The position numbers and the translations under genes are program-made. Below the pieces are notes generated by a model. That model worked only from the letters and a program-made list of their open reading frames with translations, was not told the origin of the DNA and did not search any database. This document shows, one piece after another, positions 24,328 to 34,990 of a stretch of DNA of 64,000 nucleotides (positions within the stretch are counted from its first letter, which is position 1; each line of letters begins with the position of its first letter). Origin of the DNA: Raillietiella orientalis (taxonomy: Eukaryota); NCBI GenBank assembly GCA_036172245.1, contig JAYWIR010000003.1, forward strand, positions 2,852,001-2,916,000, given 5' to 3'.

Positions 24328-26509
24328 CAACACACGCACGTGCACGCACACTCGGACACGGACGCGTGCACACGCGTGAACACGCGCGCGCGAGAGAATA
24401 AAAAAAAAAGAAAAAGAAAAAGGAAAAATTCAAAGGGAAGCAACGGGAAACGAGAGAAAAAAAAAAAAAAAAAAAAAAAAAATGGGAGAGAGCCAAAGAG
24501 AGGGAGGGGGAGAGAGGAGGGCGCTCGCATCGGCGCTTTTGCGCACGGCACACACCGCTGCTGCACTCGGAGGTTTCCGTTCGTCCCGCGTGTTTTTCCT
24601 CCCCGCGCGCTTTTCCCCACGGCCTTCATTTGCATCGATCTCCTTCCGATGTACATGCCGTACACGCGTACCTTTTTCGGGTGGGGAAGGAGGGGGGAGG
24701 GGAAGAATCTTAGCGCAGACGGGGGATCGGCCTGCCTTCCGCCTCTTCTGACTGCTGCTCAGCGCGAGGTGCGTGTTTTGGTGTGCGTGCGCGTGAGTGT
24801 GTGCGTGTGGGTTGTTTTTATCATCTGTGATCGTTCTGGTTTCCCGTCAGGAAGATCTCCTTCCTTCCCTCCTCCTCCTCCTCCTCCTCCTCCCTTCAGC
24901 AGGCACCTCTGTTTTCTTCTTCTCCTTCTTCCTCCCGACCACCACCACCTTTCCCCGGAGGCCACGCACGCGCGCCGCGGTGGCGGCACGCGGCTCTCGC
25001 GAAGAATTTGGCATCCTTCCCTCTCTCCTTCCTTCTCCGCTCCCTGCGGGAACTCCGCGATCGATACGCAACGGCGAAAAAAGGTGGGCGCGAACTGCGC
25101 GTCTCCACCTCCGATACGGGGCAGGACCCACCGCAGGTGAAAACAAGGGGGAGAGGGAGGGGGTCAAGGGAGAGGCGGGGGGGGGGGGGAGAAAGAGGTA
25201 CCCGAGACCAGCAATCAATAAGAGATCCATCATCTCATCGGCCGTATCCCAGCCGTAAAAAAACGGCCGCCATAAAAGCCGTCCTGGAGCGCGCGCTCTC
25301 TGGCGTGAGGCTGCTGCTGCTGCTGCTGCTGTTAAGACCTCGGTACGGATTACCCACTATAAAAGCGTCCCGCATCCGGCTGGAAGGATCGCTGGCAAAT
25401 CTCCCGCGCTGGTCAACAAACAATGGCGGCCGGTTATCAAGATCGTGAACGGCGGCGATAAGGACAGAGCGGAGCTCTCGGCGCACGCACGCGCCGTCCA
25501 CCGGCCTGCAGCTCACCCGCCAGGTGCACCCGGCTTGCGAGGTGCGCGCGCGCGAGCGAGGGGCCCCAAGCGTCGCGGCACCCCGCCACCGCCCCCTTCC
25601 CCAGCCGTCGCGAGCACTCCCCACCTCTCCGTGAGGCTCCACGTTTCCTCCGGAGACGGGGAGCTTGGCAAGGGCGGGGTCCCCCTCCTCCTCCTCCTTC
25701 TCCTCCTCCTCCTCCTCGCCTCGGCCTGTTCGCCCCCCACGGGGGAGGGGGGCACGTGTGTGTGCCCTGACTCCCCGCGCACGCCGCTGGCGGGAACCCA
25801 ATACGCGCAACGTCGCACGGAGGGCGGAACAGGTTCAGGTGACACCTAGTGCTCTGCCTGCAAAACCGCGCTCTGGGAGAAAAGATGCTCTGTCTGCCAT
25901 CTATGAGGAGGAAACGGACCTAAGAATAGGGAACCCTCGACGAAAATCGATGCAAGCAATCGTATATTTAAGAAAAAACAGCCGAGTGGACTGCAGTTCC
26001 ACCAACAGTGCCAAGTGCCGTTTCTTAGGCATATCTATTCGATAAATTTAAATATAAGCTGTGTTTAAAAACACGGGCATGACAAGTGCAATAAAAGCTT
26101 TTATGGTGTCGTAACCGATTTATTGCATTATGTCTAGAAAATAGATTTCCTTGGTTGCGTACATCCATCTCTAGAACAAAAGGATACACTTCAATCGGGA
26201 ATACTACGACACACGTACTGGTTTATTAGCAATCGCAGCCAGAGGAATGACCATCTCGAATTAGGAGACCGTGTTTAACACGGTAACCGCTCACGGTGTA
26301 TGCCTTCGAAACTTAACACGTGCGCCAGATCCATGTTGAAAGCAAGCCTCACTCCTCTCGCATCACTTATATGGACAGCTCCCCCCCCCCCTTTTTTTCT
26401 GCGATCCAATCTAATCTCCTTTAATAATGATCCTCTTTGAATAATCTCTCTTCAGCAATCTCGATCAATCTCCCCTGGCATTCAGGTTTTTCTCATCACA
26501 TCCCACCGA

Positions 26510-26978
26510 AACTTCGAACAGCGCAGTTCACGCAGGCAAACAACTTTACTTTTCGCAAACAAGTGGGAGCCTTCTCCAAAAAAGTGAGCCTCTTTCAAGC
26601 AACTCGGTTTTCCGCAAGCAACTGGACTTCTTCGAGCAGTGGGGCCTTCTTCAAACGATTGGACTTTCTCGAAACATTTGGACTTTCGTCAAACAATGCG
26701 ACTTTCTCCGAACAATGCAGCTTCGTTCCAACAGTTGGGCTTTCTCCAAACGTCTCTTCAAACGACTGGGCTTTCCCAAACATGGAAACAGCGAAACTTT
26801 CCTCAAACAATGAAACTTCTTTCTCAAACAATGAAACTTCTTTCTCAAGCAATGAAACTTCTTTCTCAAACAATGAAACTTCTTTCTCAAGCAATGAAAC
26901 TTCTTTCTCAAACAATGAAACTTCTTTCTCAAACAATGAAACTTCTTTCTCAAACAATGAGACTTTTTTGCAACAATG
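26510..26978. repeat. Minisatellite: degenerate ~19-21-bp units followed by 8 near-identical 21-bp units
   Basis: ctcaaacaatgaaacttcttt repeats from 26802 at 21-bp period (7 near-perfect copies plus 1 diverged). Upstream units such as caaacgattggactttct and caaacaatgcgactttctc share the caaaca..gactt core. Confidence 0.92.
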
Positions 26979-29499
26979 ATTCAGAAAAGTGAAACACAAA
27001 CGTTGAATAATTGGTTCCGATTTTAAACTAGAACGAAATATTCGCGGCAGCCATTACATCACATCAGCTTATCCATTACAGAGATGGAGAAATTCGGGAT
27101 GAACTGGGAAATAGGTTGGTTTTCACCCTGCTCATTTGTCTTCTTTTTTGCTTCTACCCCCTCTCACTCCCACTCCCTATTTTTTGTTTTTTTTCTTTCT
27201 TGCATATTCCATCAGTCGCATGTTTCATCCACATATTCCTTTTTTTATTTTTTTGCTCAGTGAATTCCTTTTGCTCTTGCCATTTTATTTGCATGCCTTC
27301 CGAAATAAGTAGATGAATATCTAAGTTTTCTGTTCAAGCATAGATTTTTTGGTTGTTGTTTCCCCTTCTCTCTCTTCCTCTCTCTTCCTCTCTCTCTCTC
27401 TCTCTCTCTCTTAGTGCGGTGTGCTTTTTTTATTTTTTTTATTTTTGGTTTTTATTCTCATTTTTCTTTAAATAATTTTCGCGCTGATTTAACTATTGCT
27501 TTCTATCTCAATATAAATTTCCCATTTTGCGTTTTGCCCCATCGATAAATCACACATGCAGGTGAGAATAATTGAACCATCTCGACATCATGACTGCAAA
27601 TCACACATCATGATTCGAAAGCGGTAACAATACGGACGAAATGCATGCAGCTGACGACTGTGCTGCTGGCTGCAGAAGTGCGAGTCTTCTTCTGGGCTCT
27701 GTTGCTAGGGAAGTTAGCTAAAACTTCTGCTGGATTGGAAGGGAGGGGAAAAAACGTGGAAACTCACAACGAAACCCTCAAAACCACGGGCACACATTAG
27801 CATTCGGAATGAAGAATGCTGTTGTATCTGAGCTCTCCATGCATCTGACTGAGGAAGAAGGGGAAAAAAAATGAAGAAAAATAAGAAGAAAAAAAAGTCC
27901 GCACTAAGCAGAGAGAAGCTCTGCAAGCTCTGGACCGCGTTGCATCTGAAGACATCTATGAAATGCACTCAATGGGGAGCGAACGCTCGAAGCATAAGTG
28001 AGACCAGGCTGGAGACAGGTCTATTTTGACGCCGTCGACGCTGCTACTCTCCCTGTTTTGAGCGCAGCCTCAGGGAGGCGTGGAGGAACTGTCCACGAAA
28101 AAACGGGCAGCGCGGATGGCATCCAAACCAGTCTGATGGGACCTCAAAGGTATTTTTGCAAAACTTGTTTGCCCCCACTGCTCGCCTGCTCTTCCTGCAA
28201 GCGAAAAAATCCGGGAAGGGAAGGGGAGGAGTTCGCGCGAGAGGATGACACTGACTCCTTCCTTCCAGCGACCTCCGGGGAACACAGGGAAGCGAGCCTT
28301 TCCGTGCTGCAGGAGCAGGGAGGGAGAGAATCCCAGGGACGATCGTGCGATGCTAGACCAGCGTGCGTTCCCCCACGCAACGGAGGTGCTGTCTCGAACT
28401 TCCAGTGGGAAGGAGCGGTGGATGAAAAGTTCTGGCAGACGTCCCTTCATCTCCCTCCGTTCTTCCTCCTCCACGGCTGCTCTGCATTGGAAAGGACGCA
28501 CACCTTCGTCCTCTGTAATCGCGGAAGTGCCCCTCACCTGCGCCACAAGAGGTGGAGGAGGATTCTCGGACGCTCCGAACCGCGTAGCAGTAGCCCTCAC
28601 GCAGGGATGGTCGAAGCTGACGCGACGAGCCCGCAGCGCAGAGGAGGCGTGATGGGGTAGAGGGTAGTGCTCTCTTGACTTTCCAGAAAAAAATAAGTTG
28701 GGGAGAGTGTGAGTGGAACTCTGGGCACGGGCAAAGAGCGCAGCGAGAAGGTCCCCGCTTGGAGGAATGGTCCGGGATGAAGAATCTCGAGCCCCTGCGA
28801 GCCGAAGCCCTTCGGAGGAGAGGATGGGCCTCCGGGAACTTGGGAAACGTCTGGACGGGACAGAACGAGGGAAGGAAACTCGAGAGGGTGCCTCGCGGAA
28901 GGAATTCCTTGGATGCTGGACCTGGGTCGTCGGAGCCGCCTCGAATGTCCCATAAAACTGCACCTTTCTCCCCATGCTCCAGCCATCACCGCCTTCCACG
29001 GTGCTCTGCATGTTCCACCTTCTTGCGGTTGCGAATGAGCGCAGAAGCCCATGGGACCCCGAGAGAAGTGATCTCGGACACATCTGTTCCCAAACCTTGT
29101 GTTCTCACTGGCGTCTTCCTTTCGTGGTGCGCCAGATCCGACCTCCGAAAGGCATGTTCTCCAAAGAGCTGCTTCCATCTGCTTGGCGTTGCAGAAGTGT
29201 TCGGCGCAGCGGCGCGACCACGGTTTCTCTGTGAAGAAACGTTGAATCTTTTCCTAAAGATGGAATGCACACGCGAAAGGAAGACCTCCATCCAGGGATT
29301 TAGGATTTTCAGTTAGTTCCGGGAAGTTTCCGAAAGCTCCGAGCTGCAAGGAGCGTCTGACCACAGGTTGGCCTCGTTCCTGTGAGTTTCTCTTTTTGCT
29401 GATCACGAAGCTGTTCTCTGGATATGAGGGAATTGGAAACAAAGGAAAACCTTTGAAGATGCCAGGGTATGACTAGGGTTTCTTCCGGATTCATCAGCT

Positions 29500-30150
29500 T
29501 CCTCTAACCGTTCTTTGCACACCTACGGGAACCACGGCCTAATTCAGCAGGACCGCTGCTGGCGATCTCCAGCTGCTCTCTCGCTTGTTCAATCCAGCAT
29601 CCCACTTTCTGCAACGTTCCTGCATCCCGTGGTCCTAAAGGGTTTGCCATGAAAAGTTTCATGCGCCTCTGCGAGTTTGCGGTGGTGGGCGCCCCGCGAC
29701 GCCAGCCCGCAGAGGATGCGAGAATTCCTGGAGCACTTATTTCTGTGCACACCAAAAACTTCACCCTAGTTCACGCTGGTCACGCATGTCCTGGAAACAC
29801 CACTCAGCGTCTGTGGACTTTCCAAGAAGAGCGCGTGGCTTCCCACTTCTCCGCTAGGATGCGCTCGCAAGCTGTCAAGGCGAGCGCGCTGAAGAGCGGG
29901 AGAAAGTCGTGAAGAGGTTTGAGCAACGTTCGAGATCCCAACGCGTACTGAGACCCGATGCGGAGTGCTCGCTCGGCTGGACCACCATCTGGGGGAAGAA
30001 TGCATCCAAGGAAAGGCGTAGTCCTCCCTGAGGTCCTCCCTCCTCCCTCCGGCCTTCCTGAGACCCAAAGCTGACATGGAAGCTTTACCCGGAAGCAGAT
30101 TTTTGATGCGAGAGGGAGTGATCCCTCCTTGGATGCTGCCCGGTTCACTC
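29500..30150 (-). mobile_element. Decayed LINE RT fragment
   Basis: PGSIQGGITPSRIKNL (cf. PGPDGIxxxxLKxL), AFPW, HRVSVRVGISNVAQ (cf. YRPISLLSxxxK), GCWIE and VPVGVQ (cf. GVPQG) occur in order. Confidence 0.35.
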
Positions 30151-31391
30151 TCGAAAAGTTCCTCTTCGAGCTGGCCTCGGGACTGTGGGAGGCACACGCG
30201 GGTTGAATGGGTGGGCTGAAATGTCGGCAGGAAGTTGGCTAGCGGAAACGCACGAACGGACTTCACCTCCCTCTTGACTGCGCCCTGATATGCATCATGG
30301 GTCATCCATCTTTCCAGTTCCCATTTCTCTTGCTCGCCGAGTTGTTGGAAGGAAAGGAGAAAGCGCGCGCGAGGTGGCACCATGACTGGTAAGTCGACTA
30401 CAGGGACGTCGACCATTCCGATCTAATCAACCCGAATACCGAACGGACTGTTTGGCCCCACGCCCTGGTACTGGGCGGGGACTTCCCTTCGCTGCACCAT
30501 TTCCCGCGCACGCTACAATCTCCGTCGTGAGGCTGCGAGCAGTGCGTAGCTGGCAGCGAAGCTGCAGCAGCTGCACCAGTCGTACGCTCGCAGGTACTTC
30601 CAGTATGCCCGACTGCGACGCTTTGCAGGGGTGCATCCCTTGTAAGGGACTCGCTGTCCCGAGAAAAACGCTATCGGACATCCTAGGAAATTCGGGAGAA
30701 GGGTTTATCTGCTCCAAGTAACAAACTTTAAGTGTTCTTTTCTGCCTCCGACCCCCTCCCCCTTCCTTCCCTCCGGAGGAAGCGTCCGTCTGTTGAAGCG
30801 AGCAGAGGAGACTACCCTTTCTTGTTCCTTCTGAAGTTCTTCTCTCTTCCTCCCTCATCCTCTTCCCCTTTTCACCCTCTTCCTTACTTCCCCCCTCCTC
30901 CTCATCCTCTCTTCCTCATTTTCATTCTCCAAAGTTTGGAACAGGTGGCAAGACCTGCGGGATTAGCCGGAGCGTCGGGTCCTCTCCTGCGGTAGGATGC
31001 AGAGCAAGGAAAGTGCCTCGCGGGAGACGTCAGGAGCGCGAGACGCTTGTAAAATGCCCTCATCCCCTCCCTTTTCTGGGTGGAAGTTGGGAAGCTTCCT
31101 TTCGGGACGGCTCCTGTCCAGAAGGGCGACACCATCTCGTGCGGTTCGCCGAGGCGCGCGGTTACTACCAGTCGAAGTTCTACGCATCCAGAAGAAAATG
31201 CGCGCGCGCGAAGGCCTCGGTGTGGATCTGCCACATGTCCTTTCCAGAGGGGGAGAGGGGAGGGGAAAGGGCAAGGAACCGGAGAGGTAGGCGAAGCGCA
31301 GCCCTGCCCCCGAGCGCAACAAGAAAGAGGCGGGTGACCAGCGGCACGGGAAGGCTGTCGGTTGGAGGCTGGGGCGAGCCTGCCGAAGAGC

Positions 31392-31422
<31 letters not shown>

Positions 31423-31449
31423 TTCGAACTGGCCTCTCTCGGCAGAGGG

Positions 31450-32420
31450 AAGGAGGACGAGAGCCCGAGGGGCTCAAAAAGGTTGCGTCGTCGCTGCAAT
31501 CGAGAGCGGCCGTGCACTTTTGCCACCAGGAGAGGTGGCGGTGGTCCCTTGCCACGAGGGTGGCTCGGCTTCTCTTCCTTCAGAGTTCCACGCGATACGA
31601 CGAAGTGTCACCGGGGCGGCTTTCTCGACCAGAGAGGGGCCCCTACTACCCGGACGGAAGGTCAAAGGTGCCGCCGGAATCTTCGGGAGTCGCCTGGACC
31701 TCCAGTCGATTTGGATCGCGTTCCCGCGTCCCTCCTCCCGTACCCAACCGCTCCGTAGGCCGCGATCAGTAAGGGACCACGAGAAAGGGACTTTCGTGGG
31801 GATCCCACCCTCGTTCCAACTGCAGGACCATCGGGTCGCCCTCGAATGCGCACTGAGCCGACTGGCTCGCCAGACGGCGCCATCAGGAGACTCACAAGCA
31901 TTCCCTCGTGGATTCTGCCATCCCTGCGATCCCTTCGCCTCTTCCTAAGAACGGAGTTTTCCACAGAAATAGATCGGAGAACCCTCCATCGATGCCCCTC
32001 CCCCTCTTTCCTGCTTGTCTTTCCCCCTGGGAGCCTCGTCTTACCCTTTCTGGGAGGCGGCAGTTGGGAGCAGGCTGTGAGAGGCTCCAGAGCGCGTGGC
32101 AACCGGCACTTCCAGCGTCGTTGCAGGCGTTTGATCCACAGAGAGGGCACCTCTTCCTTCTTCCTCTTCTTGTGTCCTCCCAAAGCAAGAGGAGAAGGAT
32201 GGGCATTAGTGATGGAGGTGACGGTGGTGGAAGAGGAAGAGGAACAGATGAACTGAAAGCAGAAGCAGGGACATTTGGCAAGGTACTGGACCTGCGATGG
32301 CAAGCCAGTTGGTTCTCAAGAAGGAGGGGGAGGAAATTCCTTCGGGATCGATCGAAGGCGTTACCTATTCTTCTCTCGGAGGCGGTACGGCCTCGCTCAC
32401 ACTCTGGATCTCTAGGAAGA
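31450..32420 (+). mobile_element. Decayed RTE (BovB-like) LINE RT and C-terminal region
   Basis: GAQKGCVVAA (GVKQGCVLAP), GIFGSRLDLQ (GxLFNLRRL), TEIDRR, LVLPFLGGGSWE...HFQRRCRRLI (VLPTLLYGSETW...FHQRCLRxIL) and DLRWQ...ILLSE (LRWAGH...ILYSE), all collinear. Confidence 0.65.
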
Positions 32421-34479
32421 ACGGAACTTCAGGAAGAGTTGCTCCCGGTCCCCGAGCACACAGGTGACGCGCGGAGGGAAAGAGGTGAGACCCGCCTACC
32501 CGACCCCAGAATTTCTTCACCATCAACCATCACCTGCTCCCCTTGTCCTCTCTTTTGCGCGTGCTCTCGCTTGCGGGTCACGCGTACCGCATGCGAACCG
32601 CCGAAGGGGTTCCGTGATCAGGCGCAAGTGCGCCCCTCTCTCCTAGCGCCGCGAGCTCGCAGTTCTCCTGAGGAGGGTGATGGACCGGCGGAGGTGCGCT
32701 GACGGCATTGGCGTCCTTGGGGATGCCGCCGATTGAATGTGGGTCTCGCAGTCACGTGGGAATCACAGCTTCCTGTTCGAGGAGTGCTGCACCTGTGCTC
32801 TCCCCCTCATGTTGGGAGAAGCGCTTGGGAAGTGTATGAACGCCGCGCTCCTACACGAAAGGGAGGGAGGGAGCGCGGAAGGGAGGAGAAATGAGAATGT
32901 GTGGGCAAAAAAATTAAGGAATAGGGAGGGAGGGAGGGAAAAGGGGAGGTGGGGAGGGAAGAAAGAGGAAGGAACGAGGAGGAAACGGAGAATGAGAGGC
33001 AAAGTCTCGAGGGAATGTAGAGAAAGAGGTGCAGTGAAGCCGAGGAGGCTTCGGCGCTCTTCTGAAAGAGAGGTGAGAGAAACCAGAAGTTCCCGCTCTT
33101 CCCCTCCCGCTGCTCCTGCGTCTGCTCCGCATACGCCCGCCCCTTCCTCCAGCAACAGCAAGCCACCTAAAGAAGCTCGAAAGCTGCCAAAGGGAACCGC
33201 CTACCTGGCAGATGCGCAGAGGACGGCAATGGCTCATAGGGAGCACGGGATGCCTCTCTCTTTTCCTCTCCCTTTCCCGCAGGTGGGGAAAGCACGGCGG
33301 CGTTTGCGTGGCGCGCAAGAGGATCGCCGCCCCCATTCCTCCAGCAGGAGGTGACGCGCACTCCCTCTCTTGAGAGATGGCTGCGGCAAGAGGCGGCGGG
33401 TTCTACCTCCCCACCCACGATGGCTGCAAACTGGGGCTTGCTATCGATCGCGAAACGAAGAGGAAGACGAGAGGGAGGAGCCCCTTGCATAGTTTCTTCG
33501 TCCTCCTCCTGTTATATCCACGAAGATCGTCGTTTGCGGTGGCAGGAGAGACCAAGAAGAGTTAAAGCCTCAAAAAGAGAGAAGGAAGAGCGTGTTGGGG
33601 AGGTGATTAGGAAGACACTGGATGAAGGCGCGGGAAAAAAAAGCCATAACGGAACGGTGGCGTGCGTGCAAGAAAGGCTGGGGAAGTGCAGGGAAAAGGA
33701 GGAAGGAGAACGAGGAACAAAATGGAAAAAGAATGAGATGGGAGAAAGGGGGAATGCAGAAAAAGCAAGGGCAGGCGGGAAGGAGGGAGGGCAACTCGTG
33801 TAGAGGAAGTCTTCCACCGCATTCATTCAGCAGCACTTCAGGGGGGGAGATCCATCAGCATCCGGTTCAGTCGCACCGTTTGTTTCGTGGATGCTGTGAA
33901 GCCTGCCTGGATTCGTCCACGTCAGCAGAATGATGGAGCTCTGGAACGTTTCCTTGAGGCGGCTGGGATGCGTTCCTTGCTAACGACGTGAAGCGTCACG
34001 AGGCAACGTCGCGCAACATCTGAAGTCGCGCGATCACCTCCCGCTCTTTGAGGAGTAATGAAGCTCACAAGACTTGCGAGCTTCATTATCCTTACTACTC
34101 GACTTACAGTAGGTCTTGTGGTTGGCACTCCTCTGTCGCTGCCCTCGCCTCCACGATGTGGGCAGATAGGGGGCTTCCGAATCCTTTCCAAGAGAGGAGG
34201 AAGGAGTGAGGTCGCGGATGCAATCCTTCTTCTAGGAAAGGTCGTTTTTGCGCATGCCATGGACCACTTGTCGATGCCTGGTTTGTCAGTTGGCAGTCCC
34301 ATGGAGGCAGCAGTGTGTCCTGCACTCCGCACCAGGAAAAGGAGCTTCCAGTTACTCCTCCCTCTTGTTTAGTGCACGTTCGGCCGGTCACTAGTCGCCT
34401 CTCGTTTTTCCCACCTGCGTCTTACGGGACACCTGATCAGTTTTCCCATCATATCCTTTTACGACGCGCTCGCCCTATA

Positions 34480-34990
34480 AATAGGCAGTAAAGAACAGGA
34501 ATCCGGGGCAAGTTTGGCATGGCCGACTTGGTGCTCCAGACGCGGAAAAAGGCCGCGAGATGAACGGAAATTTTCAGCGCCGGGTTTTTGATAGTCTGTG
34601 CTCCGAGCTTGCAGCTGTTGCGATCCACCTTTAGAGGACTCGCGGTACTTTTATGGCCCACCGATGGGGGATTAAAAAAATGCAGGCATGTCAAGCTCAA
34701 GTGTCTACGGTTAATGGGAATCAGTGGCTATGATGGTGATTGCTGCTCAACGAAAGCCATGGCATGCCATGGAGGCAGCCAGCCACGGCCATCTGTCTCA
34801 TCTGTGACCGGGCAAGGTTTAGCGAAGAAAGATGAAGGCTCCGCCACCGGAAGAAACCGTTGGCCAGCCACAGCGACCGGAGCGGCTGCAGACGGTTCCT
34901 TCCTCCAATCCTCTCGTGCTCGGTTCGGCAATACGGGGAAGTAAAAGGGAGAACAGGAGGAGGAGGGGCGGATCGCTGGCTGCAACCGGA
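34480..34990 (+). mobile_element. Decayed RTE-like LINE 3' ORF fragment
   Basis: GIRGKFGMA (EIRxRIGMA), KLKCLRLMGISGYD (EMKCLRRILGISWxD), RNRWPAT and GEVKGRTGGGGADRWL (GKVEGKRxRGRPxxRWL). Confidence 0.6.

Larger units (their letters stand above)
15230..25850. other. ~10.5-kb GC/CpG-rich island-like domain spanning the promoter, first exon and start of intron 1
   Basis: Visible shift to very high GC and CpG density with G/C homopolymer tracts, against more AT-rich flanks; produces many spurious long overlapping ORFs. Confidence 0.85.

Noticed and set aside
23754..24401. Poly-Asp/Glu acidic protein ORF
   Set aside because: Translation of the (GAC)n(GAG)n microsatellite, continuing into (CA)n; no ATG start or splice context.
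29465..29500. Minimal hammerhead ribozyme on the minus strand (CTGATGA-atccggaa-GAAAC-ccta-GTC)
   Set aside because: Core nucleotides are present, but stem II lacks the closing pair and stem I pairs at only about 4 of 7 positions. It abuts a LINE fossil rather than a Penelope element; at best a dead relic.
32800..33830. Lys/Glu/Arg-rich ORFs
   Set aside because: Purine-rich low-complexity sequence with no recognisable domain or exon structure.
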